Origin: a candidate division TA06 bacterium
GTDB lineage: Bacteria; Edwardsbacteria; AC1; EtOH8
Length of the DNA: 64,000 nucleotides
Reading direction: 5' to 3'
Assembly: GCA_016235665.1 (NCBI GenBank)
Contig: JACRJI010000013.1
Span: 143,095-207,094 of the forward strand
Shown: positions 41,750-49,943 of the stretch, one piece after another
Position numbering within the stretch: position 1 is the first letter of the stretch
Layout: each line of letters starts with the position of its first letter
Notes under the pieces: generated by a model
Told to the model about the DNA's origin: nothing
The model's input: the letters and a program-made list of their open reading frames with translations, nothing else
Database searches by the model: none
Translations under genes and position numbers: made by a program

Positions 41750-41763
41750 GACATTTATGTCAG
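41750..41763 (+). promoter_or_regulatory. palindrome GACATTTATGTCAG (candidate UAS-2)
   Basis: 13/14 identical to the reverse complement of UAS-1. Centre lies about 95 bp upstream of the -24 element. Confidence 0.4.
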
Positions 41764-41848
41764 GTTTTTAATAAAAAAGTATTAATTATTAAAAACAATC
41801 AAATTAATAACTATATGAACAACAAATGATTAGATTACGTATAAAATT

Positions 41849-41863
41849 ATGGCACAGTAATTG
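41849..41863 (+). promoter_or_regulatory. sigma-54 (-24/-12) promoter TGGCAC-N5-TTGC
   Basis: Exact match to the RpoN consensus TGGCACnnnnnTTGC, about 58 nt upstream of the first small secreted paralog. Confidence 0.6.
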
Positions 41864-41920
41864 CTATTATAATAGAATGAATAAACTTAGAAAATACTAA
41901 CTTTAAACAAAGGGTTTAAA

Positions 41921-42250
41921 ATGAAAAAAGCAATTTTCGGGGTTCTGTTTGTTGCGATAATTGCTTCACTTGCTTTTGCCGGGATATTTCTTTGTTATGG
42001 CTATGCAAGTGTTGGCGAAGGCTGGACAATTTCATGTCCAAGTATAAGCAACACGGGAACAGATATAACAGATTCAGATGGGTATTTTTCAATTACTAGA
42101 GGTGATGTACCAGCTGGCACCGAGTATTATTTGAAAGCCACTAAAACGGGGTATATAGCAATGTATAGTGCAATTTATACCTTCGGTGGTTCGACATATG
42201 GTGATAATTTAGGAAATGTTGCATTTCATAAGGGACTGCCAGTGGAATAA
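41921..42250 (+). CDS. small secreted protein, paralog family member 1 (109 aa)
   Basis: Sec signal peptide MKKAIFGVLFVAIIASLAFA. Family motifs GWTISCPS, YYLKA and GG..G.V.F. AT-rich coding sequence. Confidence 0.7.
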   Translation: MKKAIFGVLFVAIIASLAFAGIFLCYGYASVGEGWTISCPSISNTGTDITDSDGYFSITRGDVPAGTEYYLKATKTGYIAMYSAIYTFGGSTYGDNLGNVAFHKGLPVE

Positions 42251-42432
42251 GGAAATAACATTACCGAATGTATTCTAAATTTATTCACAAATCCTCCTGG
42301 CTTAGTTTACAAAGTCAAAAGGGACTCACAGCATTAGAGAGAAATGGTATCAATAAAGCAGTGCGGCACCTTTGGAATTACATTCTGCTTAAAGTGTAAT
42401 AACTTAGAGGGAACTTTAGAAAGGATTTATTA

Positions 42433-42780
42433 ATGAAGAAGATTTTACTTGGTGTAATTCTTGTAGCAAGCATTGCTTCAGTTGCTTTTGCTTTGCCTTG
42501 GATGGTAACAGCTACTTCAACCAATGTTAAAGGATGGACGATTTCTGTACCCGGCGCACCGACCTCAATTCCAAATGTTGCAAATCAAGGCGACTCAGGG
42601 TCAGGTTTTTATATACAATGGTCAGGCACTGCTCCAGCAACTGGCGGCTATTATTGCAAAGCAGATTCAACCGGAAAAGCCTCAAGATATTATGGTTGGT
42701 GGTGGTATGATGTTACTTATGGGGATACACAACTTGGAGCAATTACATTCGGGACCAGGCTGCCAGCTAATCCATATTAA
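42433..42780 (+). CDS. small secreted protein, paralog family member 2 (115 aa)
   Basis: Signal peptide MKKILLGVILVASIASVAFA. Family motifs GWTISVPG, YYCKADSTG and G..TF. Confidence 0.65.
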   Translation: MKKILLGVILVASIASVAFALPWMVTATSTNVKGWTISVPGAPTSIPNVANQGDSGSGFYIQWSGTAPATGGYYCKADSTGKASRYYGWWWYDVTYGDTQLGAITFGTRLPANPY

Positions 42781-42982
42781 TCAATAGTAATAAAGTTAAC
42801 AATCAATAAAAATCCCTCTAAGTTATTTCTCTTTTCACATAGGATAAACTGTCTGTTTTATTATAAGTAACATTTAAATACTATGGAAAATGAAACAATC
42901 TGGCATAACGGTAAAAGTTATAACAAATAACAATAACAAAAACTAAAAAAGTGAGTGGTAAAACTCAAGAAAGGACCGGTAA

Positions 42983-43321
42983 ATGAAAAAAGCGATCATC
43001 ATCCTATCACTTCTCGTACTATGTGCCAGTTCAATAGCACTAGCAGTACCTGCCTGGTGCAATGGGAAGGCAAAATTGGGGATAAAATATTTAAATGGCT
43101 GGACAATACAAGTAAGTAACGGGACTTATGGTTGGGCGATAGCGCAGCCAGACTCAGGGTATTTTGGCATGTCATACTCTACGCATCCGCCTGCCGGTTA
43201 TTTTTCTTTTACAGCAGATTCCTCTGGCCAATCACGGCTATTTTCAAATGAATACTATTATGACGGATCTTCCTATGGGGTGCAGTACGGTACGGTACCA
43301 TTTTATACTTCGCCCAGATAA
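42983..43321 (+). CDS. small secreted protein, paralog family member 3 (112 aa)
   Basis: Signal peptide MKKAIIILSLLVLCASSIALA. Motifs NGWTIQVS, FTADSSG and YG..P. Confidence 0.65.
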   Translation: MKKAIIILSLLVLCASSIALAVPAWCNGKAKLGIKYLNGWTIQVSNGTYGWAIAQPDSGYFGMSYSTHPPAGYFSFTADSSGQSRLFSNEYYYDGSSYGVQYGTVPFYTSPR

Positions 43322-43406
43322 ACGATAAACGTACATTCACGTTTAGTTTTTCAATGAACTGAAACTTACTGCCAGTTCAATAATAAATATACATCATGCG
43401 AAAATT

Positions 43407-43421
43407 ATGGTATGGTAATTG
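43407..43421 (+). promoter_or_regulatory. sigma-54-like promoter TGGTAT-N5-TTGC upstream of paralog 4
   Basis: GG and GC dinucleotides at canonical -24/-12 spacing within an ~85-bp leader that is ~80% identical to the leader of paralog 1. Confidence 0.45.
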
Positions 43422-43480
43422 CGTTAATAATGTATTGAATAAACTTAAAAAACACTAACTTAAAAAACAAAGGACTTCAA

Positions 43481-43813
43481 ATGAAAAAAGCAATTTTCGG
43501 GATTCTGTTTATCTCAATATTTGTAGCAGGGGCATTTGCTGCATTGTTTCTATGCGATGGAAAAGCAAGTTTAGGAACTGGTTGGACAATATCATGTCCT
43601 TCAATTGCTGGCACTGGAACATGGACAACCACCTCAGATAGTTTATTTGCAATAGTTAGAACTACGACACCACAGACAGGAACCTACTACTATTTAAAAG
43701 CAGAAAGCGGATCAACAACGCGTTATTCTGATTGGTACCAATATGGAGGTGGCATGGATCACCTAGGCTTAGTGAACTTTAATTTAACTAGACCTCCTCT
43801 AATGGAACAATAA
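43481..43813 (+). CDS. small secreted protein, paralog family member 4 (110 aa)
   Basis: Signal peptide MKKAIFGILFISIFVAGAFA, nearly identical to member 1. Motifs GWTISCPSI, YYYLKAESG and GG....G.V.F. Confidence 0.7.
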   Translation: MKKAIFGILFISIFVAGAFAALFLCDGKASLGTGWTISCPSIAGTGTWTTTSDSLFAIVRTTTPQTGTYYYLKAESGSTTRYSDWYQYGGGMDHLGLVNFNLTRPPLMEQ

Positions 43814-43842
43814 ATTAAAATATTTTAAGTTTATTCATAAAA

Positions 43843-43878
43843 CCCCGGACTTTGTTCCCAAAGTCCGGGGTTTTATCT
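43843..43878. terminator. bidirectional rho-independent terminator (CCCCGGACTTTG-ttcc-CAAAGTCCGGGG + TTTTAT)
   Basis: Perfect 12-bp stem with T-run on + and A-run on - sides, between convergent genes. Confidence 0.8.
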
Positions 43879-43900
43879 TGGCGCAGAGCGGCCGGCTGGT

Positions 43901-44404
43901 TTAAAACGGCGCGAAGCGGTTGGCCTCCCAGTAGGAGGCTTGTAAAAACTGCTGCTGCTTGATCAGTGCCTCCAAATGCAGCTCTTCCCAGCGGATCAGG
44001 GCGTTGAACAGCCGCTTGATCTTGAGCTCCTTGGCCTGGCGGCGGTAATTCTTGTAGCCCTCGATGGAATTCTGCTCCAGCAGTATCCCGATGGACAGGG
44101 CCGACATCTCGTAGTGCTTGTCGCCCACCCGTTGCTTGAACTCGGGGCTGAAGATGGGGCTTTCCTGGGCCGGGTCCACCTTGGACTTGATCCGGGGAGG
44201 CTTTAACTTCATACTTCCCTGCTTTTGATGATCGGAGAACATCAGCTCCAGGGTCTTGTGATGCGACAGCTCGTCCTCGGCCAGCTGGCCGAACATCTGT
44301 TTGGCCTTGGGATCCTCGGTGCGCTGGGCCGCAGTAGTGTAGTGATGATAGCCGTCGTTCTCAAACTGCATGGCCTCCACCAGGGAGCGGGAAAAATCAT
44401 CCAT
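43901..44404 (-). CDS. rubrerythrin/ferritin-like di-iron protein
   Basis: Two E..H-type four-helix-bundle motifs (EDELSHH, EELHLE). Start moved to the ATG at 44404, which has the RBS AAAGGAG 7 nt upstream. The track ORF starts 26 codons earlier. Confidence 0.65.
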   Translation of the reverse strand: MDDFSRSLVEAMQFENDGYHHYTTAAQRTEDPKAKQMFGQLAEDELSHHKTLELMFSDHQKQGSMKLKPPRIKSKVDPAQESPIFSPEFKQRVGDKHYEMSALSIGILLEQNSIEGYKNYRRQAKELKIKRLFNALIRWEELHLEALIKQQQFLQASYWEANRFAPF

Positions 44405-44439
44405 GACAATTTCTCCTTTTGTATCTTGGGTTTTGTTTG

Positions 44440-44994
44440 TTATTCGTTGGTTTCCAAAGTGAATTCCTGGATCCCAAACCAAAAGCCCACGTCCTTGATG
44501 TGGTCCAGCTCGGCCTGGATCAGGTTGTAGTGGGCCTCTTCCATTTCGGCCAGCCGGGCGTACATGGCCTGGGCGTTCTTGTCCTCGGCCTTCTGGCCTT
44601 CGCGCTTGTAGAAGCTGGCGGCCTTTTTCTCCATCTCCAAAGCCAGGTTCAAGGCGGAAAGATCATCGGAGCTTCCCTGTCCTGCCGGAGCCAGTTCTTT
44701 GGGCGAAGACAGATGGGGGAGGATCTCCTCGATGTCCGAAGGCTGGAATTTGGCCTTGACCCATTTCTGCCCGGCCATCAAGGTGTCCAGCTCTTTTTCC
44801 AGAATGTTCAGATGCCCCAACTCGTCCTGGCAGAGACGCAGGAACATGTCCTTGCCGGAAACGTTCTTGGTCTGGCGGGCGAATTTGAGGTATGTCTCCA
44901 GGGCGCTCTTTTCCGACTGGATGGCCTTTTGCAGGGCGTCCCGGCCGGCCCCGGTGGTTTTGACGGGCTTGGACGGCTTGGTTTGCTTTTTCAT
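44440..44994 (-). CDS. rubrerythrin/ferritin-like di-iron protein (second copy)
   Basis: DELGHL and EEAHYN ferritin-like helices. Start taken at MKKQTK. Confidence 0.65.
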   Translation of the reverse strand: MKKQTKPSKPVKTTGAGRDALQKAIQSEKSALETYLKFARQTKNVSGKDMFLRLCQDELGHLNILEKELDTLMAGQKWVKAKFQPSDIEEILPHLSSPKELAPAGQGSSDDLSALNLALEMEKKAASFYKREGQKAEDKNAQAMYARLAEMEEAHYNLIQAELDHIKDVGFWFGIQEFTLETNE

Positions 44995-45084
44995 GGAATG
45001 TCCTTTGCTATTTTGGAACGATTGACTCAATGAGCCATTCTAATACAAATACGGACGATTTGCAAGGCAGGTTGCTATCTTTTC

Positions 45085-45112
45085 ATTGCCACGACCTTAA
45101 GGTCGTGGCAAT
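45085..45112. promoter_or_regulatory. 28-bp perfect palindrome ATTGCCACGACC-TTAA-GGTCGTGGCAAT
   Basis: Perfect 12-bp arms. Lies just downstream of glnS (- strand) and ~95 bp upstream of the rubrerythrin operon start. Terminator without U-tract, or operator. Confidence 0.4.
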
Positions 45113-45122
45113 ATTATCCGGT

Positions 45123-46805
45123 TTACTTCTTCTGTTCCTTTGACCAGCTGTCCTTCAAGCCCACCGTGCGGTTGAAGACAGGCTTGTCCTTGGTGGAATT
45201 CTTTGAATCCACGCAGAAATATCCCTGGCGCAGGAACTGGAACTTTTCGCCCGGTTTGGCGTTCCGTAATCCCGGCTCCAGCTTGCAGTCCTTCAGCACG
45301 GTCAAAGAATTCGGGTTGACCGGACTTTCGGTGGAGGGAGTGGGATCGGTGAAGAGCTGCTCGTACAAACGCACCTCGCCGGAAACCGCGTCCGCGGCGC
45401 TGACCCAGTGCAGGGTGCTTTTCACCTTGCGGCCGTCGGGGGAGTCGCCGCCTTTGGTGGCCGGGTCATATTCGCATCTTAGTTCTGTGATATTGCCTTT
45501 ATCATCCTTTACCGCCTCTATGCATTTTATGTAATAGGCGTGCTTAAACCGCACCTCCTTGCCGGGGGAGAGACGGAAAAAGCCCTTGGGCGGGGTTTCC
45601 ATGAAATCCTCCTGCTCGATATACAGCTCGCGGCCGAATGGCACCCGGCGCTTGCCGGCCGAGGCGTCCTCGGGGTTGTTGTCGCATTCGATCATCTCGC
45701 TTTGGCCCGCCGGATAGTTTTCGATCACAACCTTCAACGGCCGCAGCACGGCCATCACCCGGGGGGCGGTCTTGTTCAGTTCCTCGCGGATGTAGTGCTC
45801 CAGCAGGGCGATGTCCACCAGGCTGTCGCGTTTGGCCACCCCTATCCGGTCGCAGAAATTTTTGATCGAAGCTGAAGTGTAGCCCCGGCGCCTTAATCCC
45901 GCCAAAGTGGGCAGACGGGGGTCGTCAAAGCCCTCCACCACGCCGTCCCTGACCAGTTCGATGAACTTGCGCTTGCTCATCACGGTGTAGTTCATGTTAA
46001 GCCGGGCAAATTCTATCTGCCGGGGATGATAGATGCCCAGCTGGTCCAAAAACCAGTCGTAGAGCGGCCGGTGGTCCTCGTACTCCAGCGAGCAGAGGGA
46101 ATGGGTGATGCCCTCAATTGAATCCTCCAGGCCGTGGGCCCAGTCGTACATGGGGTAGATCTTCCATTTGGCGCCCTGGCGGTGGTGTTCCTGATGCAGG
46201 ATGCGGTACATCACCGGGTCACGCATGTTCAGATTGGGGTGGGCCATGTCAATCTTGGCCCGTAGGGTCTTGGCCCCGTCGGGGAATTCCCCGGCCTTCA
46301 TGCGGCTGAACAGGTCCAGATTCTCCTCGACCGTGCGGTCGCGGTTGGGGCTGTTCTGGCCCGGCTCGGAAAGGTTTCCCCGGGTCTTGCTAACTTCTTC
46401 GGCGCTCAGGTCGCAGACGTAGGCCTTGTTCTTCTTGATCAGCTCCACCGCCCAGTCATACATCTTTTCAAAGTAATCCGAGCCGAAGAACAGCCGGTCG
46501 CCGAACTCGGCCCCGATCCATTTGACGTCCTCGATGATGGCGTCAACGAACTCCTGCTCCTCCTTGGCCGGGTTGGTGTCGTCGAAGCGGAGGTTGAACA
46601 GCCCGCCGAACTCCTTGGCGATGCCGTAGTCTATCCAGATGGCCTTGGCGTGGCCGATGTGGAGGTAGGCGTTGGGCTCCGGGGGGAAGCGGGTGTGAAC
46701 CTTGGCAAAGCGGCCGCTCTTAAGGTCCTCGGCCACGGCCTCGCGGATGAAGTTGGTAGCGGCCGCGCCTTCGATGGGGGTCTTGATGTTTTCGGTGTTG
46801 CTCAT
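45123..46805 (-). CDS. glnS: glutaminyl-tRNA synthetase
   Basis: Class I HIGH motif (LHIGHAKA), VMSKR-type KMSKS motif, GlnRS anticodon-binding C-terminus. Start at MSNTEN. Confidence 0.9.
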   Translation of the reverse strand: MSNTENIKTPIEGAAATNFIREAVAEDLKSGRFAKVHTRFPPEPNAYLHIGHAKAIWIDYGIAKEFGGLFNLRFDDTNPAKEEQEFVDAIIEDVKWIGAEFGDRLFFGSDYFEKMYDWAVELIKKNKAYVCDLSAEEVSKTRGNLSEPGQNSPNRDRTVEENLDLFSRMKAGEFPDGAKTLRAKIDMAHPNLNMRDPVMYRILHQEHHRQGAKWKIYPMYDWAHGLEDSIEGITHSLCSLEYEDHRPLYDWFLDQLGIYHPRQIEFARLNMNYTVMSKRKFIELVRDGVVEGFDDPRLPTLAGLRRRGYTSASIKNFCDRIGVAKRDSLVDIALLEHYIREELNKTAPRVMAVLRPLKVVIENYPAGQSEMIECDNNPEDASAGKRRVPFGRELYIEQEDFMETPPKGFFRLSPGKEVRFKHAYYIKCIEAVKDDKGNITELRCEYDPATKGGDSPDGRKVKSTLHWVSAADAVSGEVRLYEQLFTDPTPSTESPVNPNSLTVLKDCKLEPGLRNAKPGEKFQFLRQGYFCVDSKNSTKDKPVFNRTVGLKDSWSKEQKK

Positions 46806-46917
46806 TTTTTTAATTTTATGCTTGACTTTTAGTATATTTTGCAGTATATTACTAGAGTCATCTACCAATGGAGGTAGAAGGACATCGGGAGCCGCTCGCA
46901 AGGGCGGCTGCTGTCAT

Positions 46918-47421
46918 TTATACCCTTTTTTCGTAATGTTTTGTTAATGTCTTATTGTATTCTTCATCTACATGGAATGCAGTAACCCAGTAATACTTTG
47001 TTTTTTTATGTTGTAAAATCAAACAATAATTGTATTCTCTTAGCCAAATATTTCTACGTACCCCTTTATTTTGGGGACCTTCCTTATAATCAAAAATTGT
47101 AATTTCGGGTCTTGTTCCGCTAGTCATAATAACTTTAGCCCATGGTAATCTTTCGGCACGCCGGTAATCTGGAAGCCTTTCTTTAATTCCGCCTTCAGAC
47201 AATTGATCTTTACTAACAACATGCCAAAATCCCTCTTCTTTGCCCTGTCCATCTTCATTTATCGTTCTATTATAATCGACACGTAGGTTATTGTGAAAGG
47301 TTGAATTCCATTTAAAATCGGTGACAAAAATTTTATAAAGTTCATCTACGATAGTACTCCATTCACCAGCCATTGGTAATAAGGGTGGCAAAAAACTGCC
47401 ATTGTCGTTACTTTGTGGCAT
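46918..47421 (-). CDS. hypothetical 167-aa protein (no recognisable family), AT-rich, translationally coupled to the DUF3800 gene
   Basis: 14-nt overlap with the stop of the upstream DUF3800 gene. GC content is far below the genome average. No signal peptide or TM segment. Confidence 0.55.
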   Translation of the reverse strand: MPQSNDNGSFLPPLLPMAGEWSTIVDELYKIFVTDFKWNSTFHNNLRVDYNRTINEDGQGKEEGFWHVVSKDQLSEGGIKERLPDYRRAERLPWAKVIMTSGTRPEITIFDYKEGPQNKGVRRNIWLREYNYCLILQHKKTKYYWVTAFHVDEEYNKTLTKHYEKRV

Positions 47422-48124
47422 TATTTTTCTCTCTCGGCAAAAAAGTAAAAATATTAAACTTATCTTCCCATGGTGCTGTTGTTTCTGTTAAAGTAAGTTT
47501 AACTTTTGCTTTTATCAACTCTATTAGTGAAAGTTTAGCTGTACTTTCTATTAAACCTCTATTTACATAAGAGAGTGCACCAATAAAGAAATCTGCAATT
47601 TGTAATATTTCACTTTCTTTTGATCTAATTTGTTGCATTATATTAATTATCTCATGCGAATTGGTTGGATAACTATTCTTTAAAATATCTTTTAATGTGT
47701 TTATTTTTATTTGACTTTGGGTGTCCTTAATATCCATAAAAATATTATATACGGACTCGCATGTAATCATATTGCGCAGTAAGTAATAATACATTTTATA
47801 ATAAAATGAGTCATGGCTACCTTGATTATAATATTGATGATCAAGGTTTTTTTTATTTTTTACGACAACACATCTAAAACCTAAATCGTTTTGGGAGAAA
47901 AAATATTCAATTATATCTCTATAATAATCTAATCGTGAGTTTGATACTTTTTGCCATTTTAATTCCCCACGACAGCTATGCTTTTCTTTTAATTGACGTA
48001 ACTCTTCTGTTATATGTCGAACTTTTTCTATAGGACATTTTACAGCCCCTAATAGCATGACTTCTTGCTTGTCATGCTCCAGATGACAGCTTTCATCACA
48101 ATAAATATTAATAATAGAAGCCAT
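47408..48124 (-). CDS. DUF3800-family protein
   Basis: N-terminal IINIYCDES (DES motif) and C-terminal LQIADFFIGAL (QxxD motif), which from memory are the two signature motifs of Pfam DUF3800. AT-rich. Start placed at MASIIN. Confidence 0.65.
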   Translation of the reverse strand: MASIINIYCDESCHLEHDKQEVMLLGAVKCPIEKVRHITEELRQLKEKHSCRGELKWQKVSNSRLDYYRDIIEYFFSQNDLGFRCVVVKNKKNLDHQYYNQGSHDSFYYKMYYYLLRNMITCESVYNIFMDIKDTQSQIKINTLKDILKNSYPTNSHEIINIMQQIRSKESEILQIADFFIGALSYVNRGLIESTAKLSLIELIKAKVKLTLTETTAPWEDKFNIFTFLPREKNNATK

Positions 48125-48149
48125 GCTCGATTCTCTTAAGGTTGTTAAT

Positions 48150-49610
48150 TTATCCAACATTAACCGTTAGCATTTCTATACTCTTTTGAACTCTTTTCAA
48201 TGTCTCCTCTTTCCCTAGTATCTCCGCCAGTTCCGTGGCCCCGCCGGGGGTGACCTCGCGGCCGGAGAGGGCTATGCGCAGAGGCGTAAGGAAGGTGTTG
48301 GCCTTTACCCCCAGCGTCTCTACCACCACATACAGCGCCTGCTTGATGGTCTCATGGTCCCAGCTTCCCAGTTTCTCCAGTTCCGCCCGGCAGGTCTTAA
48401 GGTATTCCAGGGAATTCATCAGGTCGGTCTTGGCCTTTTTGTTGACGAACATTTCCTTTGCATATTCCGGCAGGGCATCGATGAAATCCACCCGGGCCGG
48501 GATGTCCGACAGCACCACGGTGCGCTGTTGCATCAGACCGGACAGCTTGCGCAGGTCAATTCCCGGGCTTTTGACGGCCTGCTGCAGCCAAGGCAGGGCT
48601 GCTTCGTAAAAGATCTCGGGCGTCATTTTGCGGATATACTCGCCGTTCATCCATTTCAACTTCTCCACGTCGAAGATGGCCGGGGAATTGTTCAGCCCGG
48701 CCACGGAGAAGACCTTCTTCAACTCATCCAATGAAAATATCTCCCGTTCATCCTTGGGGTTCCATCCCAGCAGGGCGATGTAATTGACGATAGCCTCCTT
48801 GAGATACCCCTGATTATAGAAATCTTCGAAGGAGGCGTCGCCCTCGCGCTTGGAAAGCTTCTTTCCTGCTGCCTTCATGATCAAGGGCAGGTGGATGTAG
48901 GCCGGGATCTCCCATTCCAGGGCCTGATAGATCAGGTTGTACTTGGGGGCCGAGGACAGGTATTCGCTGCCGCGGATGACGTGCGATATCTGCATCAGGT
49001 GGTCGTCCACCACGTTGGCGAAGTTGTAGGTGGGCAGGCCGTCTGACTTCAACAGGATCCCGTCCTCCAAGGTGGAGTTCTCCACCGTCACTGTGCCGTA
49101 GACCAGGTCGTCAAAGCTGGTGGAGCCCCCGCGGGGGATCTTCTGGCGAATCACTGAAGGCTCGCCCGAGGCCGCCCGTTTCTTGGCCTCTTCCGGACCG
49201 ATGTCCCGGCAGGGGTCCTGGAATTTGACGGCAGTATTGTTCCCGCCGGCTTCCTGGCGCAGGGACTCCAGCTTCTCCTTGCTGCAGAAACAGTAATAGC
49301 CGCCGTCCCTGGCGATAAGCTTTTCGGCCCATTCCTTATAGATGCTTTTCCGCTGGCTCTGGACATAGGGGCCGAAGGGGCCGCCGATATCCGGGCCCTC
49401 GTCATGTTCCAGACCCACCAGTTTCATTGTATTATAGATCACCTCGACCGAGCCCTCCACCAGCCGTTCCTGGTCGGTGTCCTCGATCCGCAGGATGAAC
49501 TTACCGTTCATGGTGCGGGCGATCAGGTAGGCATAGAGGGCGGTGCGAAGATTGCCGATGTGCATGTAGCCGGTGGGGCTGGGGGCGAAGCGGGTGCGGA
49601 CAGTAGGCAT
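48150..49610 (-). CDS. gltX: glutamyl-tRNA synthetase
   Basis: RTRFAPSPTGYMHIGNLRTALYAYL (HIGH), KLSKR KMSKS-like motif, GluRS architecture. Start at MPTVRTRF. Confidence 0.9.
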   Translation of the reverse strand: MPTVRTRFAPSPTGYMHIGNLRTALYAYLIARTMNGKFILRIEDTDQERLVEGSVEVIYNTMKLVGLEHDEGPDIGGPFGPYVQSQRKSIYKEWAEKLIARDGGYYCFCSKEKLESLRQEAGGNNTAVKFQDPCRDIGPEEAKKRAASGEPSVIRQKIPRGGSTSFDDLVYGTVTVENSTLEDGILLKSDGLPTYNFANVVDDHLMQISHVIRGSEYLSSAPKYNLIYQALEWEIPAYIHLPLIMKAAGKKLSKREGDASFEDFYNQGYLKEAIVNYIALLGWNPKDEREIFSLDELKKVFSVAGLNNSPAIFDVEKLKWMNGEYIRKMTPEIFYEAALPWLQQAVKSPGIDLRKLSGLMQQRTVVLSDIPARVDFIDALPEYAKEMFVNKKAKTDLMNSLEYLKTCRAELEKLGSWDHETIKQALYVVVETLGVKANTFLTPLRIALSGREVTPGGATELAEILGKEETLKRVQKSIEMLTVNVG

Positions 49611-49943
49611 TGTTGTGATATGGGATTTGATGTTTGGAATTTTGGGGGCGCTTTTCATCCTGAGACTTGTCCTTAGCCGGGCTGCTTGCATTGCTGACGC
49701 GTGCTTGACCAACCGAAGGATGCTCTTTCATCCCTCATCCAGCCAAGCGGGAAGGTGTCTCGGGATGACAGCGGATAAGTTAAATAATGATACCAAATAT
49801 GCCGGGCAAAGTCAAAGGTAAATGGCACTAATTCAAAGGGTTTATTGATATTTTATTAACTTGATTTTAGTAAATAAATATGATATAATAAACATTTGCA
49901 TTAAAGTCATATTTGTAACCCATTAAACTGCATTAGGTTATAT

